A DNA stretch of 64,000 bases from Catajapyx aquilonaris (Eukaryota), in assembly GCA_000934665.2 (NCBI GenBank), contig KZ538519.1, forward strand, positions 1 to 64,000, in the 5' to 3' direction. This document shows, piece by piece, positions 40,101 to 54,625 of this stretch (positions are counted from its first letter, which is position 1; every line of letters begins with the position of its first letter). The position numbers and the translations under genes are program-made. Below the pieces are notes generated by a model, which saw nothing but the letters and a program-made list of their open reading frames with translations, did no database searches and had not been told where the DNA came from.

Positions 40101-43100
40101 GTCCCCGGCACACATTCAGATAATTTTAATAATCTGGGAGGCCATTATACAAACTGGCACGTGCGGATCGGGCCGGACCTCCAAAAACTTGACTGGTGGA
40201 AATTAGACCCCCCCAGCCCAGCATTGATTCGGGGGTTGAAGTTTGGCCGGTTTGCCAAAGGAAATGGCCGGTGGGTGGGGGAGGCACCCTCTGGCCCTGT
40301 TTCAACAGAAGGGACCCTTTTATTGGGCCCAAAACCTTGGCCCAGAGGGAGAGAAGAGGCTGGCTTGCTAAAGGAAAAGACCGGGCCTTTCCTGCATCCT
40401 CAAGTCCTCCAGCGCCCAGATGAAATTTCACTCTTGGAGGCCTGCAGGCTTTTTAAGGGGGGGTGGAAGCAGCAGGCGAAGGAGTATATAGTATAGAGGT
40501 GGATGGGATGGGTGGTGGCGTCTGTGCTTCAGAGTTTGGCAAGAAGAGGGCTTCGGTTTCTACCCGTAACACTTGAGCCAATCTCGGCTCGACTGGAGAG
40601 GAACAGGCTCACTTTGATCACTGCTCCCAAAAAGCTATTATTCATCTCCTCCAGACTGGGTCGCACAATTTTTTTTGGAGTGATAACCACGGTTATTTTT
40701 CCCCCGGCCCCAGCCTATATTGGATCGCATGTCTGCAAAGTGGGCACAAAGCATAGGGTCGTGTGACATGTGGTGACCGACCACATAGTGATGTCACTTC
40801 CTTCGATTGTGATCTCTTACAATATGTTGTGTAGTCGTTAAAAAAATATCTAGCGAGTCTTCCTTCATTAGAGATAACATTACACTCCGGACAGCCAATT
40901 ATGATAGGAAAAGCCATACAAAGATTTGTGTCAAATGAGGGTCTGAAGAAATAGTTGTGATGTCAGCGAATGTTAACAATTATTGTTGAAATAAAAATAT
41001 AGAGGGACCCGTTGGGTATAGTGCAGGTGAGCGATTGCAAGGCTGGTTGCAAAGACGCCCTCGCCTTTTCCTCTCCGCAGTCATCTCATTACCAAGTTTC
41101 CTCAATAGGAGAAAGCGCCTTAGGCAAACAAGTCTCGGGGCGTGGAACTTCCATATAAGCAATTTCCGCGAGTAAGAAATTAACTCAATCGGTCCAACCC
41201 ACCTTTTCCTACAACGGATGAAGTGGTACAAATGAGAGGTTGGAAGTGGGAGGGATGTATATAGAAGGGTTGGTTTTGGGAGAAGTTTTTTTTTTTTAAC
41301 ATAAAAATAAAATAAACCATCGAGTGCATGTAACCCACTTTCAAGATAAACCCAAGCCTCCTGCTTTTCCAAGTGTATCTTTGCACAGTAAACTTTCGGC
41401 CACGCAATTAATCTCCCCCCTCGAAAGAACTTTCCTCTTGATCTATCTCACCTGCTGTAGGCTAAATCTCCCTGCATTAAAAAAATTTAATTGCCTGGGC
41501 TTCTGGAGCGATAAAGACTAACCGTCTGCTTGATTCACGGACTTGCTTGCACATCTGAAGCAAAATGTAAGCCCGCGATCAATTCGAGAAGAGGGGGTAG
41601 GGGGTATAGGGAGAGATATATCTATACACAGAACCAATGTATATTTATCTACAAGCAGTTCAACCTGAGTTTCCACTCTCATAGGTACACGAATTAACCT
41701 GACTCAATTCATATTTGGTTTGGTTAGAGAAGGTTTTTTTTAAAGGTGGCGACTGATTAAATGGTGTAGTTTTTTAAATACTCAGATATTTGAACTCTCG
41801 TGTAATTTAAGGTCTGCTCATGAAATGTGGTCTATCCGGAGAAAGTACCCTACAGTCTCACAAGCAGACATTTTTCCGATAAGGTAATCTGTCGATTGGA
41901 CTAACAAAGACACAGTTTATCCAGCTAGTTATTTCAAATATGCATTGCAAAAGGAGAGAAATTTTTTGATATTATATCTACAGTATATGGGTTTCCTTTA
42001 TACTTATTTTCAACCCTAACATGGTATTACCAGAAGTCACCGATTTATGCAAACTGCACAGTGTACACTAAAAGTCACTCCTGTACTCTCGTTTTCTAAA
42101 GGATTAGCGTTTAATAGCAAATTGCTTTTCAAAGAGATATTTCCTGCTTAAAGTGGTTTAGAAAAATCAAGGCCAAAGGAAAATTGTTAAGGCCAAGTAC
42201 TGTATATCATTTCACACTTTCACAACATTACATAATTTATTGGATATTTCATTTTGTCACAGTGAAACCCAGATGAAAACAAATGTTTTATTGAAGGTTA
42301 TTGAAGAGGAAAAAAGTTTACTACTGTACCTTTTTATAAACATTCAGGCATTTCCATGCTTACTTAACCCGGTTGCAAAAAAGTACACTCAAAATACACA
42401 ACTAATAGCGCGTGCTTGAATGATATGGCATGTCACACTTCCTCAACTTTTCTCAAATATTGCCACAATATTTACTACCCAGGCGTTAAAACCTTTGAAG
42501 CAACATGAACCACGGAGTCAGTCGACTTTACTGGAATTTTGGACCACATATATACTGAAAGCGATCCTTATACGGTTTCACGAACAAAATATCTATACGT
42601 TGGGGTTCGCTGCACGTTTTCCTATCAGCTAGAATTACTCCACAAATCTCCAGAAAGCAAACGCAAGAAAGCCTGCATGAATGTGAAGCATTCACTGGAT
42701 TCGCTTTTCATATTCATACAACCGAGTGGATTTCCTTCGATAACCAGGTTACAAGGGTGCTATATACACTACCCAAGTTGTTTCCAATGGGTGTTCGTCT
42801 CTTTCGACTGGTTTGTTGCACATCCTCAGGAGACTTTTGTGACACCCTGCGTCCAACGCTACGGGAATGTCCGAGACTTGGTCCGAAACGACCACTTGCA
42901 AAACAGTTGGCCCACAACGCACCCGATCCCCCGCTGTGCGTAATAGTTTCCGATATACACGGTGGTGCTGCTGAAGGTGTATATGGTCGGTATGAGGGTT
43001 AGACTTTATAGAGTGGAAACAAGTGTGTAGCAGCAGCGCAGGGGCGTGCAGACAATAGCTATTGCAGAATCGTGAAAGGCAAAAGCGGCGGCTGCATAAA

Positions 43101-46100
43101 CCCCCGGCACAACTTTTCCCTGCGCCCGCCGTCATTGGAAATATCACGACACAGTATTCATGCACGTTTCAGTGAACCCTGTCACTTGCAACCGGAACCC
43201 ATTTATTTTCTGGAACTGCGCCGCTTACCCATTTCCAATCTGCAGGCACAACTAGGTTTCTGCTCGTCACACTTCCACCTCACGAGCCCTAAATGTCTTT
43301 CCATATGGGGGCAGAGAGGCTTAAAAAATATATATATTCCAGGGAGGACATTATTATTTCTTATTAAATATCAAAAGGCCAGAAACCTGTGACACATTTC
43401 TTCTTATCACAAGCCGGAATAGCAAGGTGTACTATTTGTTGGTATACAGCTTTGGAACGGCATAACAATTTTTCAAAAATCCTTATGTCTAACAACACAT
43501 TGCATTCTTCTGGTACTTTGGTACTGACGCACTCACGAATAGCAAGGCCGAATGCTACAGTATATCGGACCCAAAATACATTCCGCGACCGTGTTTATGA
43601 CGTACAAAATGGGTTGGGTGCTTGGAATAGTATAATTATTTTGGGCTTGATGTTTATTACCGAACTTTTCGATGCTCCTTAGCTTTCTGGGTGAAGTCGG
43701 TACCAAGGAAGAATATGGCCTTGTAGAACAGCAGCGTTAAAATGTTACACTTTTGAATGAGGGACAAACCTTCCATCTACTAAAAGTGAGTGTGGTATAG
43801 TTATGTGGGCGCCGCCATGTTTGTTCCAGATCAAGATTCCGCACGTTTTTTTGGAAGTTATTCAGTTACTATGCGCCTACTTTTTGCTCGCATCGGTACA
43901 ACGGGCACAATACCAAGCATCTCATCGCATAAAAATTCTTGGAACCTTCCTTTTTTCTCCGGAAAAAAAAAAAATCTGAGCTGCGTCCGACTAATGGCTA
44001 AAACGTAACATTCCCAAGGCTCGCTTTTCTTATGACATGTTTTTATTCCGGGAAAGAATCTCCACTCTTATCCGGAGATGTTTGTCCCTGGGAAAAAAAA
44101 GAGATCTACATAACTCTCTCCTAATCTTGGCCCGCTTCTTTGTGTCCATATATGAGTGTGATCATCAGAAACTAGAACAAAGAGCAATTAGTCCTTATTT
44201 CTAAGAAAAGCCTCCCTCCTCTTTTTTTTGTTACCCGGATCACGATTCCAGAAAACAATGCAAAAATGTTGGTGTCAAATAAAATGCGGCTGCATCTGAT
44301 TTCAATGTACGTATATATGTGTACTGTTAGCCAGCTCACTTGGAAGAGGAATGCAGCTGGGCGACTCCATGAAAAAGTGGTCTCGTCCCTTTTTTGGTCA
44401 ACGATTAGGATCTGCGTGCGTGGCAGAAATCATCTTCATTTGTTCCCTATACACACCCCTAGACCGTGTGTGTCACTCATACGATCAATTTTCGCAAGGT
44501 AACATGTCACATCTCAATGACCGAAATCCGCCAACAAAAAAAAGGGGGGACGGTCTGCACATCGATCGGGTCTCCACACGTGTTAAAAATATATACCGAC
44601 AGATTATGATAAAAATACCATCCTTTCGGGACAGCCCCTGAGACATGTTCAGAATCGCGGAATCCAAAGAATTGCCCCCCTTCCCCCCCCCCCCCTTCTC
44701 CCGATATAAGGAGAAGTGGGGGGAATAGAAAAGATGGGTGGGTGGGAGGGGGGTATAAAAGCATGCCCTTGTGCTCTGGGCGAAGATCCCAAGAAGACAG
44801 TGCCAAGAAAAGAAAAGCAGCGCAATTTAGGGATGGACAAAGCCTTTGGTCCAAATGTAAGCGGACGGATGAGACAGAAGAGAAAAAGAGAGGGAAAAAA
44901 GGAAGGGGAGGAGAAAGAAAGAGAAGGAAAGGAGAGAGGGAACCGTTCTTGCCATCGATTTTCGCTTCCTGGGAGGTAAAAAGAGGTCCTAAAATGAAAC
45001 TGTCTCATTTTCAGATCAACTATAGCAGATCCATAAAAACAGTTGCTTTCTATAGAGTAAATAGGCCCCGAGAAGAAATATTTTGTGCGCACCCACCCTG
45101 GGCTCATCAAAAATTTATAATATTTATATATGGTTGGTGGATGGTTTGCTCCAGCAAAAATTTTGCGACTATAGAAAGTGTTGGGTTCAATGTGGGTGGA
45201 GGCAAAAGATGATCCGTAAAAGGATGCCATTCCTTCCCTAGGTCACGGCCCGTCACGTCGACCTCGACCTCCCTTAAATCCAGCATAAAGTCATTTATGA
45301 GTGACCCTCATCAAAATGTTAATCCGAACACTTTCTTTTGTTTCTGATTCGTGAGACATTTTTTTCCATCCATGACTAAATATAAGGCTGCGGCTAATAG
45401 ATTCCAGTGATAAATAACCTTTCTTCTCCCGGCGATTGGAAGAGTCCAAAAGGTACACACACAAAAACCTCCTTGCTTATGTATGGGACCGTGACTTTCA
45501 AGTCGTTCATTGCATGGCAATGTGCTATTTTGATAAGGGCAGGCTTCGAAGCAGACGAAAAAGTGAAGCCACACATACACACACACACACACACACACCC
45601 AAAAAATGTAGAACAAAAGACGGAGTGTGCATATTTTGACAACGCCCCTCTCCGTAGTCTTCCTAAAGGCCCATTACTTTTCAAGGCCCTTTGGGTGGGC
45701 GGCGAGACTTTACCAAAATTTTTTCGCTCCTAAATGAGCCAAGTTCAGTCCCCCCCCAACTACCCCCCATGTAAATAAAAAACATGGTGCTGACCTTCGT
45801 GATCCTTATTAGCATCGCGGCCATATTTCTCACGTATGATAATGTTGCTGCCTTATATTTTTTTTTAAACAAGTTATATCCAACTCACTGGAATGGGTGT
45901 AAATGGTCACAAATTCGGAGCTGTCCAAACTAATTACGTGGCTGTGTGCAACAGTGTTGCAAGTGGCAATTTAATTACATTTTCGTGCGAAACATGCATA
46001 CATGTATGACCCTTATCCAGAAAATGTGAAGCGTTTTTGTCGCTGTATATAAGCCACATTAAAATGCATTGCATTATGGCCATTATTGCGATACAAATTA

Positions 46101-49100
46101 TATATAATTGCACAATTTCAGGATGCAGTGTGCTCTGTCACAACAGTGTGGACCGTCAATGACCTGACTGGAGCTGTCCTCTTTTTTTGTGTGTGTCTGC
46201 AACACTTGCAAATTTCACTGCACAAACCCCTATAATTAGGCCCCTGAAGTTTCATGCCGGTGGAATAATATACTCCAACCCTGGTCTCCACGGACTCGGC
46301 CAATAATTTGGACGCCAAGTGCGACAAAAGCGGGGCGCCGCCCCCCTCCATATTGCGCACAAGTCGCTGCAACACACTGAAAATTCAATAATGGTTTTAT
46401 TTATGAGGTCCCGAAAGGACGCAAATCATCTCCTGGGGTCGATTCCTCTCTGTAGAACTGCCATGCTTTTCCTCTCCCTTCAACCCCCCTGTTAAAATCT
46501 GGCAGCGCATATATACGGCTAGAAGTGAATAACTTGTGTACGTGCTGCATAAGCTGATTTGGGAGCCAATCCCTTATCAGACGGCAGGATGTTTACTTTT
46601 CGAAGAGTGCCTTCTTCTTAGAGCTCTGTATGCATTGGCATGACTTTTTTTTCTCTCTCTTCCTCCCCCACTTCCCCTGTGACAAGTATTCTCAAAAGTT
46701 TCCTGAGGAATTACACGCAGATGCTTCCAGGCCATGGACATAAGAGTCTTCCTACAGTATCCTTTCCTCCGTATAATTTGGTGACATATCAAGCAGGCAA
46801 CAAATTAAGTAGTGCCCACATTACAGCTTTTGTATATACTGATGGTAAGTTGCTTCGTATTAAGTTATTAGTTATTTTTGAAAAAAAAAACTGATAATAT
46901 TCGGTTCTGTATTAAAACACTTCCGAGCTAACACTGTAGTGGTCAACAAGGATTCTGAAATTTGTGCTCCAAAATTAATATCCGAGCCAAATGGACCAGT
47001 GAAGCAGGATGGAATCGGCTGCAGCCAATCAGGGCTCAGTTCTGCCACCAACAGAGTCCGGATCCTGGCCTTTCAGCCAATCAGAGAGCAGCTTGACAGT
47101 AAAAATGGGTCCGCTTGCTGCCACCGAATGACAGCACCGGTTAGGGAAAAGTTGGCGTCAATTTGCAAAACAGCGCTGAACCCTCATCACGCAGAGTGAC
47201 ACGACATGCTAACGGAGCCTAATTAATGAGTGGTAGGAACCAAACCACATTTTATTCCATTATGACAAAAACAGTCGTTCATTATTAATGCACAGTTGCA
47301 TGCTTACTTTTGCCGGCGCATTGTAATTGACAGCGATCTCCGGAGTTGTAACTCTGCGGTCTGTTACTAGGAAAACCCTGCCTACCGCACATCATAACCA
47401 TTCCCATCAACAAGTTGTTAATATTAATGAATCCAATTTTCACAATATTGCGCCCCAAATAAACGCTGCGCACAATTATTGCGTTTGGCGGCTACATTTG
47501 CACTTGCTGCTGACCACTAACATGAGACTTGTCAGATTTGATTTGTATTTTATTGGCGCGATGCGCTAAGCAAGGCGGACGGCTCATTTTGCTATATTAT
47601 GCCCCAACGCCGCCCAAAAACTGGCTGCTAAAATGCTGTCAGATTTTTCACTTAGACACCGCAAAGTATTGTCAGAAATTAGACCGCAGAGAATAATGGA
47701 TCTTAAAACGCGGTATAGCTTCGTAACCGCAACCGGGAGGGAGGTAAAAAAATAAAAAAAGAATGAAAAAAAACCACAGATTCCAATAGCCCAGGCCGGA
47801 TTTCTACCTGCCTCTCGCTTTTATGCACCGTTAAAAAAAAGCAAAAGGACAAGGTTAAAGGTAACGGAGGGCAAGTCACCTGTCCCAACATTCCTGCAAA
47901 AAAAAAAAGAGGGCTTGCTGGAATGGAATAGGAAAATTCCACCAGGCCATTCATTTCGACGAAACGAGTTTTTCTCGGTGTTACACAAGTCCTAAAAGAC
48001 AGTATTTTTTTTTCTCTCTCTCTCTAAAACCTCCCTTACCTCTCCTGGGCACGGGGCTCAGGGTCAGTAACCTGTCGGTCCAATATCCGAGAGGACCCCC
48101 CCTCTCCGTTCGTTGTAAGTGGCAAAAATGCAGAGTACGCCAAACTTGAGGTTGGTCGTCCTGGCCAACCGCCCGCCCACACCCCCCGAACTAACCCTTG
48201 TGTCTCTTCCCTCCCCGCCCCCCCTAAAATTAATATAATTTTGAGTGGTCCCCATGTAAGGCGCTGCCATGGCACAAACAAGCTGCTCCAACTTGCAGCA
48301 CTAATGGAACACAGACAACACTGGCGGGGCTAATGAGCTAGTTTCCTTCAAGCCCCCCTACGCAGAAGCGTATAGTCCTATCCCCACCGAAAATGAACCC
48401 TCCCCACCCCCATGCACCTTGTAATGTAACGTACACGGTACACGAGCGTTACAGTATCCAGACGTGGGAGGACTCTTAAAAAGAATAACACACCTCAGAA
48501 GCCAAGCGGAACACTTTTCCCGGGACCGATTTCCTCATGAACAAGTCCATACAAAATAATAAGTAATGAAAAAAAAAATGGACAGTGGTCTCACGTAATA
48601 CTTAATTGCTACTTAACTAGGACGGGAAGTGAACGGAAGGAACAATACAATCGTAATAAGGATGGGCCCCCTCTCTGCTGGATGGCTGGCACGACTTGTT
48701 CGTCCAGGTCGAAATGTGGTGACAGCATAGGATGAATTGTACTAAAATAATAGTGAATTTATATGCTGTCCATATTTATTACAACGATTCATCTATAGGA
48801 GCGTGATCATATAGTTACTAGCAGGGAACCCGTTCTTCGCACAGTGATTGATCAAGAAATGTACCGCAGATGACAGACCAAATACCATTTTGGCAGTTTG
48901 GGCAGTTTTCGGACTATTCCCTAAATCAGCGGCATGTAAGCACTCCCAGAACTCCGGAAGTGGGCTAGGTAGCCGTGACATACTACATAAATACCAACGA
49001 ACTTTCTGCTTTATATATGTAAGATTGGTGAGAATTGCTTATGAACCTCCAATCGTGTCGACACCCACACCTCCAATTATAGCTGTTCGTTGAGGAGTAT

Positions 49101-52100
49101 CTGCTAATAACCATGAGAAGGTCAGAACCCGCCCACTGTCACTGATCTTGGATGACATCAGTCTTGTCGACCCCCCACCTGCTTCACAGTGCGCAGGATG
49201 TTGGTTCTCCCCCCAAAAAAGCCCAACCTCCTATGTCATTTCTAGGAGGTTTCTGACACTCCCAGTTCCGTTTTGCGCTCTTTTTCAGCCGTTTGGCGAC
49301 GCTTGTTCGCCAACTGTAACGCTCTTTTTGCCCCGTTGCCACCTGTGCACACACACGCACCGCCCAACATGGCGGACCCGGACCTGCAACCAGCACATGC
49401 CCCGAACCGAGCCGAACTTTTGTTTCAAAGACACCCGAGCTTTCATCTTACAGGATGGAAAGTGACAACACCATACTGAAATCCTGACATGGGGGAGAAA
49501 GTGAAAGCTTTTCAATCTTCCTCGCGACGGTCCTCTTGGGGAGGGAGAACCTGCAGCCATCTTCAAACCTTCCTCCGACACAGAAGAAACACCGCCCCTC
49601 ACTTTATTCCCCAGATTATATACAGCCAGTTGTTGCAGGCATTGGGTGGGTTTGGGGGGGTAATGATGATGTTGGGCTGGGCCTGGCTCAATCTGACAGA
49701 AATTGCCTGGATGAAATAATAATCGCGGCTGAATATGATGGTTCGCCCCCTTCCCTTTTTTTTAAGGGAGGGGGGGTAGACAGCTGGGTACGAAATAGTT
49801 CCGGGGGAAAGAGAAAACACAAATCGCACGGATTTTAAATATTTCAGCGCCAATTTCGCAAGGTTTGCTAAAACCGTGTGCGGGTGATTTGAAATGCAAG
49901 GATTCTGGGAGAGGGGAGGGGAAAGGGGGCAACATTTCCTGTCTGCATTGTCAAGTCGACTCACAGTTCTCTGGCTTCCAAAAAGGAAGGGAAAAGTGTA
50001 GAGGGGGGGGGGGGGGATGAGGATGTGCATGAAACATTCATAACCGCCACGTTTTCCAGAGCTTGGAAAAAAAAAGAGTAAGGGGTCAAGATGGGTCTGG
50101 AGTATACCCGTTCCGTTCCGGATTGTTCCCGTGTAAACGCATATTCCGGTCGGTCCCTCTTTTGCGAGATAAACATTCAAAATGTTGGCAACCTGGTGTC
50201 CCCCCTTAATGAAGCTGGAGCCACAATAGCCGCCCGTTGCAAACCGCAACCCACCATCAAGCATAGTCCTGCACACACACTGTCGGAAAAGGAACAGCTA
50301 TCGGGCATTCCCCCACGCGCATCTTCAGAGAGGCTGGGGGGGGGGGGGGGGCANGGGGGGCAGACTCCTCTCTCTTCCCATCTCCCCCATTCCCAATTGC
50401 ACCTCATACCTAGCTGTCTTTGGGAGGCAACCGCCATCCCTTCTTCTTCTTGGCTGCTTTTGGGAGGTGGAGACTTGGTCCCAAGCAAGGGCTCAGGGAT
50501 AGAAGCGATCGATGGGCCACGCCCTTATTCCCAGACTCAGGGGTGGCAAAACCAACAGACTTCGCTTTCCCAAAGCAACGACTTGTCGGAAGAACAGGAC
50601 ACGACCTTGCAAGAAACCTGGATTTTCTTGGGTACATAATATGTAAACGGCAGCCCAAAGATCGCCGGGCAAATATTCCCAAGAGTATGGCTGGGTTGAC
50701 ACTGATTTTAATTATGACCAAGAAAAAAGGGAGCGAAGCGAGTGGATTTCTAGGCCTGCGCCCTAGAAAAATGCGAGCGAAGCGATCTATAGTCCATTTT
50801 TAAAAAAAAATTTGATCAGTACTGGGATCCATGTTTGGGTAAAATTCTGTGTAATACCCACAGTCTTTTGGAGCACCAGTGACACAGTCCTCTCCAGGGA
50901 ACGGCTAAAATGACCTCCCCAACCCCCATCATTATTAGGCCATCCCCCCCTTTCCTGAGGGATGAAGTGGGAACCCGTCCCTCGATTCCTCCCAAACCCC
51001 GCCCAACCTGCCTGGACTGTGGGACCACACGCATATCGGCAAAGTATCAATTCACCCAGCCAGTATTGATCATCGGAAGGTCGCGTGACACGTCTTCAAG
51101 TGTTGTCTCAACGGTTGGCCCCTTGCTCTATCCATTGAAGAAGTCGGGGGGAGGAGGAGGAAGGGTGGGCAAAAAAAAAAGGAGTGTTCCCGTTGAGCAC
51201 TTCTTAATCACACTCCTTGGATGGGAACCGGAAGGAAGCATGCTGTTGACCCCCTTGGGCTGGCAACTCTTGGGAAAGGCGGCAACCCGACACACCCAGT
51301 GACACGAGACAAAAGGGAGCAAAGTCACTAAACTATGAATGGGAACTAATTAAATAGTTTAAAAAAAACTCCGCGATTTATACCCACAAAAAATGGTTGA
51401 GGTCATCGACTTAAATCTTACGTTATGGAGGAACTGACCCCCCCACGAGTATGTTACACACTGCAAAATCTGTCCCCAAAAGTTGCGTCACTGGGAGAGG
51501 ACCACTCCCGGAGTTTCCGACATACACCAGACATCCAAAAGAGGCAAACAGGACATCGTCTCTCTCAGCACGGTCCCCAAGCGACTCACATCAAGGTTTT
51601 GCTGGCAGATAATGCATTTAAGAGCGAGTGTGTGTGCCGGACTAAGTGGAAGCCCTTTTGGCCTCCGCCTAATTAAATTCGCGGACTTTAGCCCTCCGCT
51701 AAAACGGGGAGGGACCAGAAACTACCCAGAAAACCATCCCTTGACCTTCCCAATTTTTTCACCCTAAAACCCCCTGCTAAAACCCGACTTAGTTTCAACT
51801 CACCAGGGAAGCATTGATAAAACCTGACCCGATATGTTCGTGATCAATCGTGGCGATAGGCGCTCATAAATTTCCCATTGCCATGCGAATGAGGAACTTG
51901 GTCAAACAGCCTGTGACCTCCATCTAACATCTATGATTGAGTCCCAGGAGGGTACAGGAACAACAGGGGGGGGAAAAAAAGCAGTGAAAACAAAATGGCT
52001 TTGGCAATGGACAAGGGGTTGTTCACTATGTACGAAGAGTAAATCAATTGGGGATAATATTATCCTCTGGTCTGCTGGAAAAAAAAAATGCGTGGGCCAA

Positions 52101-53775
52101 ACTGGTGCGTATAAAAATAACCCTTGTTCGCCTACAAAATGCTAGGCTAGGGCGAATAAATTTTTTGTGACGTCACGCTTAAAATAGGCGCTATACAAAC
52201 GCCACGTCACACATCGTCACGCTACGTATCAGGAGATAAAAATAAACGTCACGTTTAACGTCACGTATATACTCAACGTGGCCTTGAGGCAACCAATCAG
52301 CTCTCAGGGTGCGTTCAGTCGCTACTGACTGCGCATGCGCGTACAATTTTTTTTCTCCTACGCAATGGGTACCACAGTACCTTCTTATCTACATTTTTTT
52401 TTTCGACGTGACGCGCAAGGGGAGAGAGAGAGAGAGCGGCTGCTCAACTATCTGCACGTTATCCATGGTTTCTACCCATTAAGCACGGGAAATATGCCGC
52501 TCCGAGGAAGCACTAATTATTACATCTGAATTATGAACCTTTCGGGTTCTACAACAATAACGCCTGGAATTTCCGCTGATAAAAACGGACCCACGTACAC
52601 ACCAAAAAAATGGGACTCTAGATTAGCTAATAGTCCTTCAGTTATTTTTGGGACGGGCTCTCTCTCCAAAAAAATATTCTGTATTTTTTTTGTTGTAGTA
52701 GTAGTCACTTGAAAATCCCAGGTCACGTGCCCTCAGGGGGAGGTCCTTTTTGGACCACACTGCTGTATCATTAGATAAGCCTCGGGGGACTATGCCCTGC
52801 TCCTTTTTTTCTCCTCTAGTCTCTTGGCGTGTACCTTTTTTTTCTCTTCTCGTTCTTCCTTTTTTGGACTTTCTTTGTTTCTATACCGTGTATGTTGAGC
52901 ATGAAATTTTTATCAGGGGTTCGCCATCTGGCTCGAAATTGAACCGAAACGAATTCTTGTGTCACTCCGCATGAATTGCGATATTGAACTGAGCTCGTAA
53001 GGTATACACTCCCCCTCAATAAATACCGTGCCGTGACGCAATTCGCAAAAAATGTGTTACATACTTGCTTGGTAACAAAACGCGGGTCTTTTTTTCCCCC
53101 CCAGCCCTGTAATTAAGACTGAGTCATGCACCCACCCCTCCGATCGATTAGCAATCGATCGACACAGTGTCGCAGAATCTCCATGCTGACAAAATGAATT
53201 AGAGATGTGTCACGCACCGTGCGCGCCGCAAAAACCTTGTGACACACCCTGTACCGTCCGCCGTGCTCCTCCGTAATAAACGGCGTGGCCGTGCGTAATA
53301 ATTACGTGAATGGGCCGTGTGTCCTTGTGCATGTGTCATTCAGCCGAGGTCGTTGACAGTACGCATACCATTGACCCACGTCCCACACACACGCTATACG
53401 TATCCTACAGTATATCAGCGGTACGGGCTACTACCGTGTCACGTGTGGGAGATAACAACAGCTGGCGACACTTCTTTTTTCTCTCGATCGACAGTAGGCG
53501 CATGACAACAGGTCCATGGCAACTGCATGGCGCATGGCAACTACTCACGGGCAAGTTCATGGCAACTTGACCACTCCACGGACCTTTGGAGCGCATGACA
53601 ACATTGTCGATACAATGTGAGCCCAACTAACCACACTGTTATCAGTGCTCTGCAGATACCGTACACTGTATCACGTCCATGCCACAATGCAGGTGCAACT
53701 TTTGAGGTAATTGCAGTGACAGTTATTTTCCACCTGGGTTCGATTCCCGGGTATTCCTGGGTATGTTGTACTCAC

Positions 53776-54235
53776 CGACTTGCAGCACTTGGTCGACGCA
53801 TCCGGCTTCGAGGAGCTTGAGTCCCTTGTAGAAGGGCAGGTTCTGGTACTCGGTGGAGTTGAGCGGCACCCTGGACAGCGAGGAGTACATGCAGATGTCC
53901 CGTTCGTCCCTGGGGAAGGACCAGAAGATGATCCTCCTCTGCACGGGCTCCGGTATCCGGTCATATCTTTCCTCGATCCGCTGGAAAGGGAAGTTCTCTG
54001 CCACTATCTGGGCCGCAATGTCCAGCAGCGACTCCGGGCACTTGGTCGAGGCCGGTCCGACCGTGGCCTGTTGCGACGAGGCGGTACCGGCACCGCTGCA
54101 GCACCTCTTCTTGCTGCTACTGCCGCCATGGTGCGACCCCACGCTGCTGCTGCACCCTCCGAGAAACGGGTCTCCGCCGAAGAGTCCGATGGGCCTGCTG
54201 CTGCAGCACCTCTTGGGCAGCGCCATAGGGCGCAT
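53776..54235 (-). CDS. ZSWIM4/5/6: Coding exon 1 of a ZSWIM4/5/6-family SWIM zinc-finger protein (Elongin BC/cullin substrate-adaptor type); 153 codons + 1 nt, remainder of gene lies outside the window to the left
   Basis: Translation [11 protein letters not shown]...[53 protein letters not shown]...[17 protein letters not shown] matches the conserved N-terminus of ZSWIM4/5/6 as I recall it (BC-box-like SLLDIAA, then IPEPVQRRI). Ends at a consensus donor GTCG|GTGAGT (phase 1). Start may be ATG 54235 or 54226. Confidence 0.92.
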
Positions 54236-54615
54236 TCGGGGTCCTTTTTCCGTATATATATACACCCACACTTTGGCACACACTCACTCACGTCATTTGG
54301 GGCAAGACACTACTGTTCCCGCCCCAGAAGAGAAAACACCCCCCGTCCTTCTCTAAAAAAGCACTGGTACACTATACAAAGAGTCGGAACACAGCGCGCG
54401 CGGGCTGAGAGAGAGAGTCGACTCCGCTTCCTTCCTGCAGCGAGAGCGAGAGCGCGAGTGGGGAGCCAGCAGAGAGGCCAAACCCCGACAACCCCCCTAC
54501 CGGCCCAGAGACCGACCGACCCCCGACTCCACTTTACCACTTGCCGGCCTTCCGGAGGGGATTCCCATTCGACCGGCCGGGACACGTCATTACAGAGGGT
54601 TTGGCCAGGACTACA

Positions 54616-54625
54616 CGCCATTTTG
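54616..54625 (-). promoter_or_regulatory. YY1-like motif in ZSWIM promoter/5' leader
   Basis: CAAAATGGCG on the minus strand in the CpG-rich region about 380 nt upstream of the ATG. Confidence 0.35.

Larger units (their letters stand above)
1..53775 (-). other. Very long first intron of the ZSWIM4/5/6 gene (>53.7 kb, 3' end not in window)
   Basis: Donor GT at 53775-53774. I found no sequence encoding the expected next exon (GFHLSG.../SWIM finger) in the ORF track or by eye in 1-53775. Confidence 0.75.
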
